Shown here one piece after another: positions 9,016 through 19,330 of a stretch of DNA of 64,000 nucleotides; position 1 is the stretch's first letter, and each line of letters opens with the position of its first letter. This DNA is from a virus: positions 32,001-96,000 of the IMG/VR virus record IMGVR_UViG_3300048592_000962; one strand, 5' to 3'. The notes beneath the pieces are model-generated. The model made no database searches. It saw only the letters and a list, made by a program, of their open reading frames with translations, and was not told the DNA's origin. Both the position numbers and the translations under genes were made by a program.

Positions 9016-9242
9016 CAGAACCCCCGATCGCAGTCGCGGGACACTTCCGCTCGTTCGGTGTCGGTGAGCCGACGAATGCACGTCAGGGGAAGCTGTACCT
9101 TCGCGCGGTAGGAGCCTGCTCGCTGGACGATGACGAACTCTCCGGACGAATCGCTGCCGTAGCCGACGACCTTCGCGGGCGCGTTGATCGTCAAGTCGAA
9201 AGTGAACTTTCCCGGAATCGGGCGGTACAACGGTTCGGTCAT
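9012..9242 (-). CDS. hypothetical protein
   Basis: MTEPLYRPIPG; GAAAGG RBS. Confidence 0.55.
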   Translation of the reverse strand: MTEPLYRPIPGKFTFDLTINAPAKVVGYGSDSSGEFVIVQRAGSYRAKVQLPLTCIRRLTDTERAEVSRDCDRGFW

Positions 9243-9414
9243 TGCTCGGGGCCTTTCCGTGCCTTTAGGCACTGGCGTCCGTCGGGGCGGTCGTGGTCTG
9301 TGCGTGGATCGCCGAGGTGGAGACTGAGCGGATTGAACCACCCTTCCGAGCCGCAGTGTGAACAGCGCCACCGCAGTTGACGCTGTTGGTGCGGTTCCAG
9401 TCGCTTCGTTTTGG

Positions 9415-10011
9415 TCATGAATCACCTCTTAGTGCGTTGATTTCGGTCAGGTGCGCGATCGCGTCGCGTAACGTTCGGAAGGTGAACCCGGTTGGTTCAT
9501 AGGTCGAATCTGACAGGACGCCGGTGCCCGGAAGCCGGACGGGTTTCATGCGTCGCATGAGGTCGTATCGGCCTCGTTCGTGCCAGATCGCGAGGTCTGG
9601 CCAGCCGAGTCGCGGCAGCACCCAGAATCGACACGTCGGGCGCCCGTCGCGGTCCGTGTGAAGCACGTGCCACGTGGGGCGGAGAGACGGCTTCGCCAGG
9701 TGTGCGAGGCGCGCACGCACGGTGCCGGGGAGCCCATCGCGTTCTGCGGCCCATCGACACGCCGAATAGAGGGCTCCAAGCTCGCCGTCTTCAACGAGGC
9801 AGACTTCGCCGAGGAAGAGCCATCCGGCGCGCAGGTCGCGCCTCGCGGCGGCGGCCGACTTGGGGCGCGATATCGGAACACCGCGCAGGCCGGTCCCGAG
9901 CGCTCCCGTGATGGGTCCGTCGCTCCACAGCTCCACGATCGTCCCGCTCGCGGAGCGACGCGACGCGACGCGGTGCGGGTGGGGCTCGCCGCACGTGCAC
10001 GAGTCAATCAT
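9415..10011 (-). CDS. hypothetical protein
   Basis: 198 aa, ATGA coupled. Confidence 0.7.
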   Translation of the reverse strand: MIDSCTCGEPHPHRVASRRSASGTIVELWSDGPITGALGTGLRGVPISRPKSAAAARRDLRAGWLFLGEVCLVEDGELGALYSACRWAAERDGLPGTVRARLAHLAKPSLRPTWHVLHTDRDGRPTCRFWVLPRLGWPDLAIWHERGRYDLMRRMKPVRLPGTGVLSDSTYEPTGFTFRTLRDAIAHLTEINALRGDS

Positions 10012-10193
10012 TGGATCGGCTCGCGGACCTTGACGATCTTGAACTCGATGCCCGGCTCGTTCTCGCGGTACTCGCGCAGCCGAGCCCGCGCCTCCGCGCG
10101 CTCGGTTTCGGCCGTGACCGTCTCGAAGCCGTGCCCGTGCCCGTAGTCTCCGCGAACTTCGTAGACGTCGCGGGTCTTTCGCTGATACGCCAT
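10008..10193 (-). CDS. small phage-type hypothetical protein
   Basis: MAYQRKTRD..GDYG..LREYRENEP; AGGAGG RBS. Confidence 0.8.
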   Translation of the reverse strand: MAYQRKTRDVYEVRGDYGHGHGFETVTAETERAEARARLREYRENEPGIEFKIVKVREPIQ

Positions 10194-10209
10194 GGTGAAC
10201 CTCCTACAA

Positions 10210-10428
10210 TCAAGAGCGCGATTGTTTTTTGCTCGGGTCGATGGTGAGCGACGACTTGCGTACGAAAAACGTCTCGACGGTCGCGCGATCCGGGTACCAT
10301 TGCGAATAGACGATCACGCGGCACATACAGCCCTGCACACGGATCACTTGCACAGACATGGATCCACCGCGGCCGTGACGGGCTGTGCGGTAGAGACAGC
10401 GTACACCGGGCTTGATTTCGCTAGTCAT
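10210..10428 (-). CDS. hypothetical protein (SH3/KOW-like beta pattern)
   Basis: GGGGAG RBS, 72 aa. Confidence 0.55.
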   Translation of the reverse strand: MTSEIKPGVRCLYRTARHGRGGSMSVQVIRVQGCMCRVIVYSQWYPDRATVETFFVRKSSLTIDPSKKQSRS

Positions 10429-10429
10429 T

Positions 10430-11650
10430 CGACTCTCCCCGGCCCTCGCGGGCCTCGCCAAGCTCCGACTCTCGTCGGGGACTCGCGAGGAGCGCGAGAG
10501 GGCTCGTAAGGGCGACAGGTCGTTACACGACCCTACCGCGAAAGCGGAATCGGACGCCCTCGTGAGCTAGACACTGCGGGTGACGCGCGTCGCACACCGG
10601 AGGGATCGATCAGAATCCGGATCGCGCCTAGCCGCTGGTCTAGCTGTCCCGGCTCCCGTACCTCCGAAGAGGCAGGCTCGCGCGTGCGAGGTGGCCACAA
10701 GCCGGGTGGAGCGCCGAAACGCCCCTCTAGACTGCTCGGCCGAGGCCCCGAAGGGCTCGGCTATCGTCCGGGGACCGGTCCGGTGCCCCTATGATGCCCG
10801 GTTGCCGCCGTGTGAGGCGAAACAACCGGTCACCCCCCTTACGTAACGGGTCCGCGCGCGGGCGTCAAGTACATTCGACGCACCCTGTCACTTTTCTGTT
10901 TTCGGCACGCGCCCGACTAGACCTGTTCGGCGCCTTCCTACTGCGCGCACGTGCACGCGTAGCACCTAACGTGCCGGGCTACAGCCCGCTAGATCGCGCC
11001 ATGGTGGCACACGGGCCTAGAACGCAGCACGCGGCCCGCTGAGGCGAGCCCGGCAGAACCCTAGGCGCGGCACCCCCAAGAACTCCCGGCCGCTGTAGCG
11101 GCTTCTGGCGCGCAGAAAGTCGCATTATGTGACCATACAATAGCACAAAAACGCCTATGCAAACCCTAATGTTTTCAGCACGCGTTTTCGTGTCGCCTAG
11201 TGTGTGTTCGTGTGCGTATTCCGGCGACCTTGCGCGCGGTCGGCGTGTCGAGCGGCGGTCACGTGAGCCGATGCGAGCGCGCCTGCGCGCCTGTGCGCGT
11301 GTTGAAGCGGAGCGCCAGAGCGGCGCGAGGCCTTGTGAGGGTCTCGCTCGGCGTTCGGGCGCGTCCGTGCGCCTTCCGCGCCCGCTCGCGCGTGCTCCCT
11401 GCGCTGTCTGCTGCGTCGAGACAGGCATGGGAGGCTCGAAAGCGTCGCCGTCGAGCCTTCAGCGGGGGCATGCGCGCCGCTCGCCACAGGGTGGGGTCCC
11501 ATGATGCAGGCTCCACCACCGGGGGACGGGGCTCAAAAACACCGAAGCCGAACCACTGGCGTTCGTCTGGCGTGCCTCACAAAAAATGGTCGCCGACCTA
11601 GCTCCATAATAACAAGCCGCTTGCTGGCAGGGGGCGCGGCCGCCTACGGT
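10430..11650. promoter_or_regulatory. divergent non-coding control region, possible origin
   Basis: Strand switch point with no credible ORF. AT-richer core at 11120-11220, CTAG cluster, operator-like motif at 10869-10883. Confidence 0.65.
11621..11650 (+). promoter_or_regulatory. promoter TTGCTG-N18-TACGGT, probably leaderless
   Basis: The -10 ends 7 nt before ATG 11658; no RBS. Confidence 0.45.
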
Positions 11651-11657
11651 CCATGCG

Positions 11658-12146
11658 ATGGGCGACGAAACGGAACTCCCGCTTGGCGGGGAGGAAGAGG
11701 TTTCGGTGCGCGAACCGGGCCAGCAGGTGCCCGTGGCCACCGATCGGTCCGACTACTACGAGCCCGGCCGCCTCGCGGTTGCGGTTGGCGCCGACGGGCT
11801 TCCCGTCGTGGCAGGCGAGCCACCCTCGGGCCCAGAGCCAGGTCTCACGGACGACAACCTCGTGTGTTTGGAAGCTCCGGGGCGCCCTGCCTGCGAGCAT
11901 CTCGTGTCGCTACTCCGCCCAGCAGATGGCGTTTCGAGAGGGCACGGGCAGCTCCGGCAGATGCGGCGCTTCTGCACTCGCCTCGCGACGGCCTCGGAGC
12001 TTTTCGAGGTGGACGGCGACATCTTCGCGTGCAGCGCCCGAACTCCGGTCGATGTTCAGTCGAACAAGCTGATTCGCGAGTTCGAGAAGCGCCAAAAAGA
12101 GGTGGCCGCAGAGGCTGCACAAGAACAGGGCGAAGTGGACTTCTGA
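11658..12146 (+). CDS. hypothetical Cys-containing protein
   Basis: First gene of the plus-strand operon, with typical codon usage. Confidence 0.75.
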   Translation: MGDETELPLGGEEEVSVREPGQQVPVATDRSDYYEPGRLAVAVGADGLPVVAGEPPSGPEPGLTDDNLVCLEAPGRPACEHLVSLLRPADGVSRGHGQLRQMRRFCTRLATASELFEVDGDIFACSARTPVDVQSNKLIREFEKRQKEVAAEAAQEQGEVDF

Positions 12147-12160
12147 TGGGAGACGAACGA

Positions 12161-12754
12161 ATGTCGAAGAAGCAGGAACAGCAGGACGTGCCGCAGCTTC
12201 CGCCGCAGTTGCGAGGCAAGCTCGACGAGATGGAGAAGTCTCGCAAGAAGGTCCTCAAGGACCCGAACTTCGCTCGCGCAGATCAGCTGAAGGTGTTCGT
12301 GGGCACCGTGCTCATGCCGCAGGTCTCCGACTTCCTGGAGACGCTGAGCCTGGCGTTCATGGACGCCTACGGCCTCTCGGTCTCGAACGCGAATCAGATG
12401 CGTCGTCTCCACGGCTGGGTGGTCGAGGAAATGAATCGCCTCGGGGCCGATGTCGGAGATCCGGAGCTTCCCGGCGTCAGCAGCGAGGTGATCGACGAGC
12501 TTCAGCAGGCGTTCTTCGCGTTGGGGCAGCTTCTGGAGAAGAAGCTTCCGAACGACGAGGAGACGGAGACCGCGTACAACCGTTGCGCGAAGATGATGAG
12601 CGAACTCGTCGCCGAGCTGATGGGCGACGACTACGGAGACGAGGAAGACGACGAGGATGAGGGCGATGACGAGCCGGATGATGACGGCGAGTCGGGCGAG
12701 GCGACCGAGGGCGAAGCCGGCGACGAAGAGTCCGAGCCGACGGAGAGTGAGTGA
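12161..12754 (+). CDS. helical protein with acidic tail
   Basis: GGAG RBS (alternative start 12146); D/E-rich C-terminus. Confidence 0.8.
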   Translation: MSKKQEQQDVPQLPPQLRGKLDEMEKSRKKVLKDPNFARADQLKVFVGTVLMPQVSDFLETLSLAFMDAYGLSVSNANQMRRLHGWVVEEMNRLGADVGDPELPGVSSEVIDELQQAFFALGQLLEKKLPNDEETETAYNRCAKMMSELVAELMGDDYGDEEDDEDEGDDEPDDDGESGEATEGEAGDEESEPTESE

Positions 12755-15078
12755 TGGACGACGCGCTCAACGAGGTGGAGCGCCTTGTAAGCGAGAGCGC
12801 GGAGCGACAGCGACCCTCCAAGAACCGGCGGACCGTGAAACCGAAGGAAGAGGCACCGGTGGAAGACGACATCGATCTCGACGAAGAAACCGAAGACGCC
12901 GCTCCGCCCAAGCCTCGCGTGCGCCGTGTTTCTCGAAAGGCTGAAACCGTGAACCTCGACGAGGTGACCCAGGAACAGGTGGACAACCTGTTGCCTCCCG
13001 AAGCGCCGGAGCCGGAAGAGAAGAGCCGCTCCCTCGACGACATGTACGCGAAGTTCGGCATCGGTTCCAGGCCGGAGTTCAAGATCCAGGTGCACCGCAC
13101 GTGGCCCAAGATGGCGCCCGGCGGGGACAAGTTCGACGGGTACTACGACACCTGGGACATGCCGCTCTCGATGGATGAGATCCAGCGGGAGTACGGTGGC
13201 GGCCACTATCTGATCGTGGTCGTGGGTCCGAATCCCAAGTCTCCGAATTTGTCGAGGCGGTACGCCTCGTTCAATTTGGATTTGCCGGGTCGACCGAAGT
13301 ACGAGCGCAGACCCAACGCGGCGAAGCCGAATCCTGCGGAGGTCGAAGCGTCTACGTCCCCGGTGGCGATCCCACCGCCAGTGCATGTCCAAGAGAACGC
13401 GAAGCTGTCGGAGCAAGCGATGAAGCTCGCGTTCGACGTGTCGGAGCGCGAGCGTGACGAGCGCAGGCGAGCCGAGGAGAAGGCAGAGGCCCGTGCGGCT
13501 CAGGCGGAGGGTGCGATGCGACCGTTGCTGGAGGCAGAGCGCCGCGCGGCGAAGGTCGAGGTCGATGCTGTGCGAGAGCGAGCAGAGCTGGAGCGTCGAC
13601 TGATGCAGCAGCAGCTTGATGAGCAACGCCAAAAGCAGGAAGAGTTGAGGCGAGAGATGGAGGAACGAATGCGTAGTCAACCATCGGTCGCCTCTGAGTT
13701 GAAGGCCCTTGCTGAAACGGGTCTGTTCGGCTCGAAAGACGAGGGCGCCACTCAGAAGATGGTCGAGCAGATTCTCGAACGTCACCAGCGCGAGTTGGCG
13801 ATGATTCACGAGACTCACTCCAAGTTCATCGAGGCGTTGCGTTCGGCGCATCAGACCGAGTTGCAGGCCATTCGCGATTCGCAGCGGCGTGAGTTGGAAG
13901 CTGAGCGCGAAGCGGGTAGGAGCCGTGAGCAGCGTATCGAAGACAGGCTTGCGTCGGAGCGTGAGGAGCGTCGTCGGGACCAGGAGCACGAGAAGAAGCG
14001 CCTCGAAGAGCGCGATCTCATGTGGAAGGACCGGATGGAGCAGGCCATTCAGATGAAGGAGCAGAGCTGGGAGTCTCGTCACTCTTCGATGCTGTCCGCG
14101 CACGAGATGCGGATGATGTCGTTGCAGTCGGAGATCGACCGGCTCAAGGCCGAACTCGATGCGACCAAGCACAAGGTGACCGACAGCTCCGATCCCGTCG
14201 CTCAGATGATGAAGTGGCGCGAGATGCAGACCGTCATGAAGGACGTTCTGGACATCAAGGAGTCGGCCCCTGCGACCTCCGGCGGCATCGGCATCGGCGG
14301 TGGCGGAGAGGATTGGAAGCAAGCGCTCGCCGAGGGCGTCATGGAGCGCTTGCCCAGCATCCTCCAATTCCTGGGTGGGCAGGGTGGCCAGGCCCCGGCT
14401 CAGCCGGTGCCGCAGCAGCAGCCACAGGAAGGCGACCTGATCAACACGCCGCAGGGTCCGATGGTCGTGGTTCGAGACCCCGCCACGGGCCAACTCGCGC
14501 TCGCTCCGCAGGCGGCCGTCGAAGCGCATCGCCGTGCTCAGGCGCAGCAACAGCAGCGTGGGATCTTGCCGTCGGGCGGCGGTGGCGCGAATGCGTCCCG
14601 CAAGCGGCGTCCAGCATCTCGCGTCGCTCGGCCGGCCGAGAAGAAGCGGTCGGTGTCGGTCGTGCCGAATCTGGCCGAGGGCTTGCCGAGGCGAGCGGCG
14701 CCGTGGGAGGGCGGCGGGGAGATCGACGCTCCGCCTCCGGCACCGCCGCCCGAGCCGAGGATGCGGAGTCGGCCCGCGATCGAGCCGAGTGGCGAGCCGA
14801 TGGAGCTGTCGGCGGGCGAGCGTCAGGTCCTTCGCATGTTGGCAAAGGAAGTGAACGATCACGTGCTGGGCGGAGACGATCCGGAGGACATGATTCAGAA
14901 GCTGACGGCGAACTACCCGGTGGCGGTGTTGAAGCAGGCGGTGGGGCAGTACACGGTGAGTCAGATCGCACGGGGCATCGTGCAGGTGGAACCGAACGGT
15001 GCCGGCGCGACGCCGGCCGGACAGAAGTTCGTGTTCCAAGCCTTCACCGAATTGCAGAGGCTGCTCGCGGAAGAGTAG
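12751..15078 (+). CDS. large coiled-coil protein (possible scaffold or assembly factor)
   Basis: 775 aa with a long E/R/Q heptad region; no Walker motifs seen. Confidence 0.85.
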   Translation: MMDDALNEVERLVSESAERQRPSKNRRTVKPKEEAPVEDDIDLDEETEDAAPPKPRVRRVSRKAETVNLDEVTQEQVDNLLPPEAPEPEEKSRSLDDMYAKFGIGSRPEFKIQVHRTWPKMAPGGDKFDGYYDTWDMPLSMDEIQREYGGGHYLIVVVGPNPKSPNLSRRYASFNLDLPGRPKYERRPNAAKPNPAEVEASTSPVAIPPPVHVQENAKLSEQAMKLAFDVSERERDERRRAEEKAEARAAQAEGAMRPLLEAERRAAKVEVDAVRERAELERRLMQQQLDEQRQKQEELRREMEERMRSQPSVASELKALAETGLFGSKDEGATQKMVEQILERHQRELAMIHETHSKFIEALRSAHQTELQAIRDSQRRELEAEREAGRSREQRIEDRLASEREERRRDQEHEKKRLEERDLMWKDRMEQAIQMKEQSWESRHSSMLSAHEMRMMSLQSEIDRLKAELDATKHKVTDSSDPVAQMMKWREMQTVMKDVLDIKESAPATSGGIGIGGGGEDWKQALAEGVMERLPSILQFLGGQGGQAPAQPVPQQQPQEGDLINTPQGPMVVVRDPATGQLALAPQAAVEAHRRAQAQQQQRGILPSGGGGANASRKRRPASRVARPAEKKRSVSVVPNLAEGLPRRAAPWEGGGEIDAPPPAPPPEPRMRSRPAIEPSGEPMELSAGERQVLRMLAKEVNDHVLGGDDPEDMIQKLTANYPVAVLKQAVGQYTVSQIARGIVQVEPNGAGATPAGQKFVFQAFTELQRLLAEE

Positions 15079-15082
15079 GCTC

Positions 15083-15394
15083 ATGTCCGTGAAGGGCCTG
15101 GGCAACTATTCGTTTCAGCAGACAGAGCGGCGGCCGGGCACCGTGGTTTCGTACCGCGGTGACCGAGCCGTCGTGCGCTTTCGTGACGGGTCGACCTTCG
15201 GGATGCCCGCACAGGACTTGAAGGCAGCAGAGATAGCCGAGGGCGGCCACTTCGTGATGGTGGTTGTCCGTTCGGGCGCGTCAATCGTCGAGGTCAAGGT
15301 GGAGCCGCCGCCGCCGTCGAGAGAGACGTCGCCGACGTCTGCGCCGGGGAAGGTCTACATGCGCGCAGGCCGTCGCATTCACACCCGAAAGTAG
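15083..15394 (+). CDS. hypothetical protein
   Basis: MSVKGLGN..., 103 aa. Confidence 0.7.
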   Translation: MSVKGLGNYSFQQTERRPGTVVSYRGDRAVVRFRDGSTFGMPAQDLKAAEIAEGGHFVMVVVRSGASIVEVKVEPPPPSRETSPTSAPGKVYMRAGRRIHTRK

Positions 15395-15466
15395 CTCCTG
15401 GAGCGGCTTGCGGCGCTCCGGCAAGACGTGCGAGACTCGACGGGCTGATGGTGCTGGGGCCTCGGT

Positions 15467-16066
15467 ATGCCGATGCTCCGTCGATCTCACTACCAACGTC
15501 GCTACAACGCTGCGGTCGGAACGGTCGAGCCCTACCGAGGGACAGACCAGACGGTCGCGGTGATGTCGAGGCTCGTCCGCGACATACGTCCGCGTCAGAT
15601 GATTTCGACGGCGTTGGAGAGCGAACGCAGTCTGAAGGTGAGACGTCACACGGAGCAGATCGTCGGCAACATCCGGCCGAAGGACTACAGCTCCGAGATC
15701 ATCGCCATCTGCAAGTGGTGGGGCAACGCCGGCAGGTACACGAGAGATCCGCTTCACGTCGAGATGCTCCGAACACCAGAGCGTTTGATCGATGATGCGA
15801 TGGCCGGGAAGCTCGCGGCGGATTGCGATGAGTTCGCGACGGCAATCGCGGCCTGTTGCCTCGCGGTTGGGTCCAGGGCTCAGTTCGTCACCGTCGGATT
15901 TCAGCCGAGGCTTCCGGGTCAACCGAAGATTCACACGCACGTGTTCTGCCGGGCTCAGGACCCTCGAACCAAGGTTTGGTGGGTGCTGGATCCTGTCGCA
16001 GGACGCCGGACCGCTCAGATGCTGAAGCGGGTCAAGCAGTACACGATCTTCGAGGTGGATTCATGA
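15467..16066 (+). CDS. transglutaminase-like (Cys-His-Asp) protein, candidate virion maturation protease
   Basis: ADCDEFA...HTHVF...WWVLDPV triad pattern, immediately upstream of the membrane-protein cluster. Confidence 0.8.
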   Translation: MPMLRRSHYQRRYNAAVGTVEPYRGTDQTVAVMSRLVRDIRPRQMISTALESERSLKVRRHTEQIVGNIRPKDYSSEIIAICKWWGNAGRYTRDPLHVEMLRTPERLIDDAMAGKLAADCDEFATAIAACCLAVGSRAQFVTVGFQPRLPGQPKIHTHVFCRAQDPRTKVWWVLDPVAGRRTAQMLKRVKQYTIFEVDS

Positions 16067-16353
16067 GTTACTACCTCCGCAAGGGACCGATAGGGTCTAC
16101 CGAGCCGATGGAGCTGTCGCCTGCGGCAAGGACCGTCTCGGTGGGGTATCGCGTGGGTGCCGCGGTGGCGACGCCCCTGCTCGTGTATCACGGCTACCGA
16201 CGCAACGAGTCGATCGGCTGGGCTGTGGTCTGGGGGCTCATCGGTGGCGGATTCTGGGTGTTCGGGGTGCCACTGGCGCTCGCTCAGGGGTTCGCGAAGC
16301 GAAAGGTGCGATCGAACGCGAGGCGTCGTCGCACGAGCAGGAGAACGCGATGA
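16063..16353 (+). CDS. small membrane protein with Arg tail
   Basis: MSYY start, hydrophobic segments, VRSNARRRR tail. Confidence 0.8.
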   Translation: MSYYLRKGPIGSTEPMELSPAARTVSVGYRVGAAVATPLLVYHGYRRNESIGWAVVWGLIGGGFWVFGVPLALAQGFAKRKVRSNARRRRTSRRTR

Positions 16354-17198
16354 CGTACGGCGTGATGGGTTTGGGTTTGGACGCGGCGTCGATTGGCCGA
16401 GCGGTGGCCAGCGCCTACGGGACGCAGCGGCCCCCGCCGTCCGCGTCTTCGGGTTCTGCGCCACAGCAGTCGAGTTCGATGGCTTCTCAGATCGGCCGAG
16501 CGGTGGCCAGCGCCTACGGGACGCAGAAGGCGCCTCCGACAGCCACGCCCGGCACCTTGTTCACGAGATCACAGCCTGCGCGAGTCGGTCATGCGGCTGC
16601 GCAGGATCCGATTCTGGGGTCCGCGTCCCTGATGGCCGCGTCTCTTCTTCGACAGGTGTCCGGGCTCCCGGAGTCGAAGAGAATCGACGCGGCACGCAGG
16701 AAGCTCAACGAGATCCACCCTGGTCTCGGGAACACAGCCGTGTCTAAGGCGAAGGAGCTTCGCCGCAAAGGGCGTCCGTTCAACCAGGCGTTGTTCGATG
16801 GGATGCGGCTGGCGATCGCCAATCGCGTGGCCGAGTACACCGCGTCTCGCATGGGTGTCTCGGGACTCGGCGCGGTGAAGACCGAGAACTTGCAGGCGGG
16901 GTTCTGCGCGATGATCGGCGCGGGGACGGCGGGCGCGGGCATGGCGGCAGCTTTCAAGAACCCGACGGCCACCGAGGGGATTCTGTCGTCGGGGCAGGCG
17001 GGGGGTCAGATCGCAGGTTGTGGGGCTGGGACGCTGTCTCAGCAGGCAGCGGCGACGCAGGCTCAGCTGGATGCAGCAGCAGCGGCAGCGGCGGCGAGTT
17101 CGAGTTCGGGCGGGGGCACCTCGCCGTGGCTTTGGGCGGGGCTCGGGCTCGTCGCGATTGCGGGCATCGGCCTGGTGGTGGTCAAGGCGAAGTCATGA
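16350..17198 (+). CDS. putative virion membrane protein (paralog family A)
   Basis: C-terminal TM; DPILGSASLMAA/NQALFDGMRLAIA domain; 33-bp internal repeat at 16395 and 16494. Confidence 0.8.
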   Translation: MTYGVMGLGLDAASIGRAVASAYGTQRPPPSASSGSAPQQSSSMASQIGRAVASAYGTQKAPPTATPGTLFTRSQPARVGHAAAQDPILGSASLMAASLLRQVSGLPESKRIDAARRKLNEIHPGLGNTAVSKAKELRRKGRPFNQALFDGMRLAIANRVAEYTASRMGVSGLGAVKTENLQAGFCAMIGAGTAGAGMAAAFKNPTATEGILSSGQAGGQIAGCGAGTLSQQAAATQAQLDAAAAAAAASSSSGGGTSPWLWAGLGLVAIAGIGLVVVKAKS

Positions 17199-17902
17199 GC
17201 TACGCGCGTCGACAGAACCCGTCGGTGATCAGCGTGGGCCGTGCCGCCCACCGCGATCCCATCCTCGCGCAGGCATCTCTCGCCGCCGCGAAGATTCTTC
17301 GACAGGCCGTCTCCAAGCCTCGGTCGGTCCGGGAAGATTTCGTCCGAAACTCGTTGACGAGCAAGTACGGAACAGAGGCTGCTCGGTCCTACGAACGAGC
17401 GATGCGACGACTGAAGTCGAAGGGGTGGGCGAGGAATCAGTCCATCTACGATGCGATTCGACTCTCGATCGCCGATGCTCTGACACGAGAAGGACTTCTC
17501 GCAATCGACACAGCGATCAAACAGGAGATGGGCGTAGATCACGGTCTCGGGATCTCCGAGAAAGGTCGGCAGGTGGGCTGCGGCATCACGGGCGGAGTCA
17601 CGCTCGTAGGTGGGATCGTCGCGTCGATCTACGGCGGGCAGGCGGGCGGCACGGGGGCGAATGTTGGTGGTCAGCTGATCGGAACAGCGCTCGATTGCAG
17701 CAAGGCCGAGCGTGAGGCGGCTCAACGTCTCGCCGAGCAGCAAGCAGCGGCGGCTCAGGCTGAGCTGGCGCGGACGCAAGCGCTGGCCGAGCAAGAGGCC
17801 GCCCGAGGCAAGGAGACCACGAAGCGAGTTCTCGTGGTTGCGGGCATCGGCGGAGCTGTCGCGTTGGTGGGGCTCATCGGATATGCGATCGTGAAGGTCT
17901 GA
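17195..17902 (+). CDS. putative virion membrane protein (paralog family A)
   Basis: DPILAQASLAAA/NQSIYDAIRLSIA aligns with the previous gene; C-terminal TM. Confidence 0.8.
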   Translation: MSYARRQNPSVISVGRAAHRDPILAQASLAAAKILRQAVSKPRSVREDFVRNSLTSKYGTEAARSYERAMRRLKSKGWARNQSIYDAIRLSIADALTREGLLAIDTAIKQEMGVDHGLGISEKGRQVGCGITGGVTLVGGIVASIYGGQAGGTGANVGGQLIGTALDCSKAEREAAQRLAEQQAAAAQAELARTQALAEQEAARGKETTKRVLVVAGIGGAVALVGLIGYAIVKV

Positions 17903-17916
17903 GGCTGGAGACGACC

Positions 17917-19326
17917 ATGAAGGATTACGGCGACCTCTTCGACGACGATTACGGCGTGATGCCCCGCCCCACGATGCGCGGGTCTGCGAATCTCGACGTT
18001 CAGGACTACCAGGGGTACGACGGAGATTCGTCGATCCTCGACGACGATCTGCAAGAGGACACGCCCTCGCGCCCTGGCTCGGGCGCCGCGCCGGCACCGG
18101 ACATCGACGGTACCGACGACTACGACTTCCTCGAAGGCGACATGGACGATCCGGGCATGAAGCAGACGACCTACGGCGCGTCGCCGTGGGGCCCCGGTTC
18201 TTCCTCGGGCTACCGCCCGTACAGCCAGCAGCGAACGGACATGGCGCTCCGCGCTCTCGGCGATAGCCACACTCCGGAGACCAAGCCGATGCACGACGAC
18301 GAGATGATGCTGGAACCCGAGGTCATCGACGCGGTGGGCGCGAAGCCGATCGAGCCGTGGTCCAAGGAGTGGCACGGCAACCAGAACCAGATGCCGTCCA
18401 ATGCGGACATCGACCCGCTCACTCTCTACGATCGCTCGTCGTACGAGTACGACGACGACTCGTCTCAGTCGACGATCGGAAGCGGCATCTTCGACGTTGA
18501 AGAGGGCGTCACCTTCCGTCCTCGCGATGGCATCTTCGCCAACCAGTATGCGGTACCCGCGTACCTGGCAGAAGAGGATGAGCTGGGCGTGCAGCAGTCG
18601 GAGATGTGGGATTCGACGGCCGGCGAGTGGCGAGTCACTCAGCCTTCGGCGTCGGGTGTTCCTCTCTCGCGGAAGGTGCGGAAGCTGAAGCCTCCGCCGG
18701 CCGGTCTTCGTCCGGAAAAGACCGGGCCGAGGTCGCACGTCGAGGCCTTCGGTCGAAAGGCGGCGCGTACGCTTCTTCAGGAAGCTCAGGCGCATCAGGG
18801 CGCGAATCGTGAGCGCTTCATGGCGAATGCGATCTCCGCTCTCGGCCCGAACATGACGGTCACGGCGCGAAAGATCGCAGACGAGCTGATTCGTCTGGGG
18901 TATCCGGCCAACGTGGCGTTCGAGGATGCGCTCGCGCACTGCGTGATGCACGCGGCCGTTCGCGATCTGTTCGAGCGCGCCACCGGCAAGACGCGGAGCA
19001 TGCTCCCTCGCCTGGACCGAATGGCGAACACCGTGCAGCGGCGCAGCTCCGAGATGCGTGAGCACGCGAGCAAGCACCTGCTGCCTCTCACGCGCAACAC
19101 CGAGGACCTTCGGCGCGATCTCGGCGCGCTGTACGCGAGCCCGTGCGCCCGTGGTCTTGGGCAGGCGGCGGAAGGCGAAGCGCCGGTTGCGACGGCGCCC
19201 ACTCCGGCGGCGTCGATGATGACGACGCGGAATGTTCTGATCGCAGGCGGCCTCGGTCTCGGCGCGTTCCTGGTCTACAAGAACCGCAAGAAGATCGTCG
19301 CGAACGTCAAGAAGATGGTGAGGTGA
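17917..19326 (+). CDS. putative virion protein: acidic disordered N-terminus, family-A-like domain, C-terminal TM
   Basis: D-rich first 230 aa, RGLGQ, TM, IVANVKK tail. Confidence 0.8.
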   Translation: MKDYGDLFDDDYGVMPRPTMRGSANLDVQDYQGYDGDSSILDDDLQEDTPSRPGSGAAPAPDIDGTDDYDFLEGDMDDPGMKQTTYGASPWGPGSSSGYRPYSQQRTDMALRALGDSHTPETKPMHDDEMMLEPEVIDAVGAKPIEPWSKEWHGNQNQMPSNADIDPLTLYDRSSYEYDDDSSQSTIGSGIFDVEEGVTFRPRDGIFANQYAVPAYLAEEDELGVQQSEMWDSTAGEWRVTQPSASGVPLSRKVRKLKPPPAGLRPEKTGPRSHVEAFGRKAARTLLQEAQAHQGANRERFMANAISALGPNMTVTARKIADELIRLGYPANVAFEDALAHCVMHAAVRDLFERATGKTRSMLPRLDRMANTVQRRSSEMREHASKHLLPLTRNTEDLRRDLGALYASPCARGLGQAAEGEAPVATAPTPAASMMTTRNVLIAGGLGLGAFLVYKNRKKIVANVKKMVR

Positions 19327-19330
19327 AGCC

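Noticed and set aside
12751-15078. Tape measure, SMC or packaging ATPase
   Set aside because: No Walker A/B motifs and no tail-gene context; only a coiled coil is supported.
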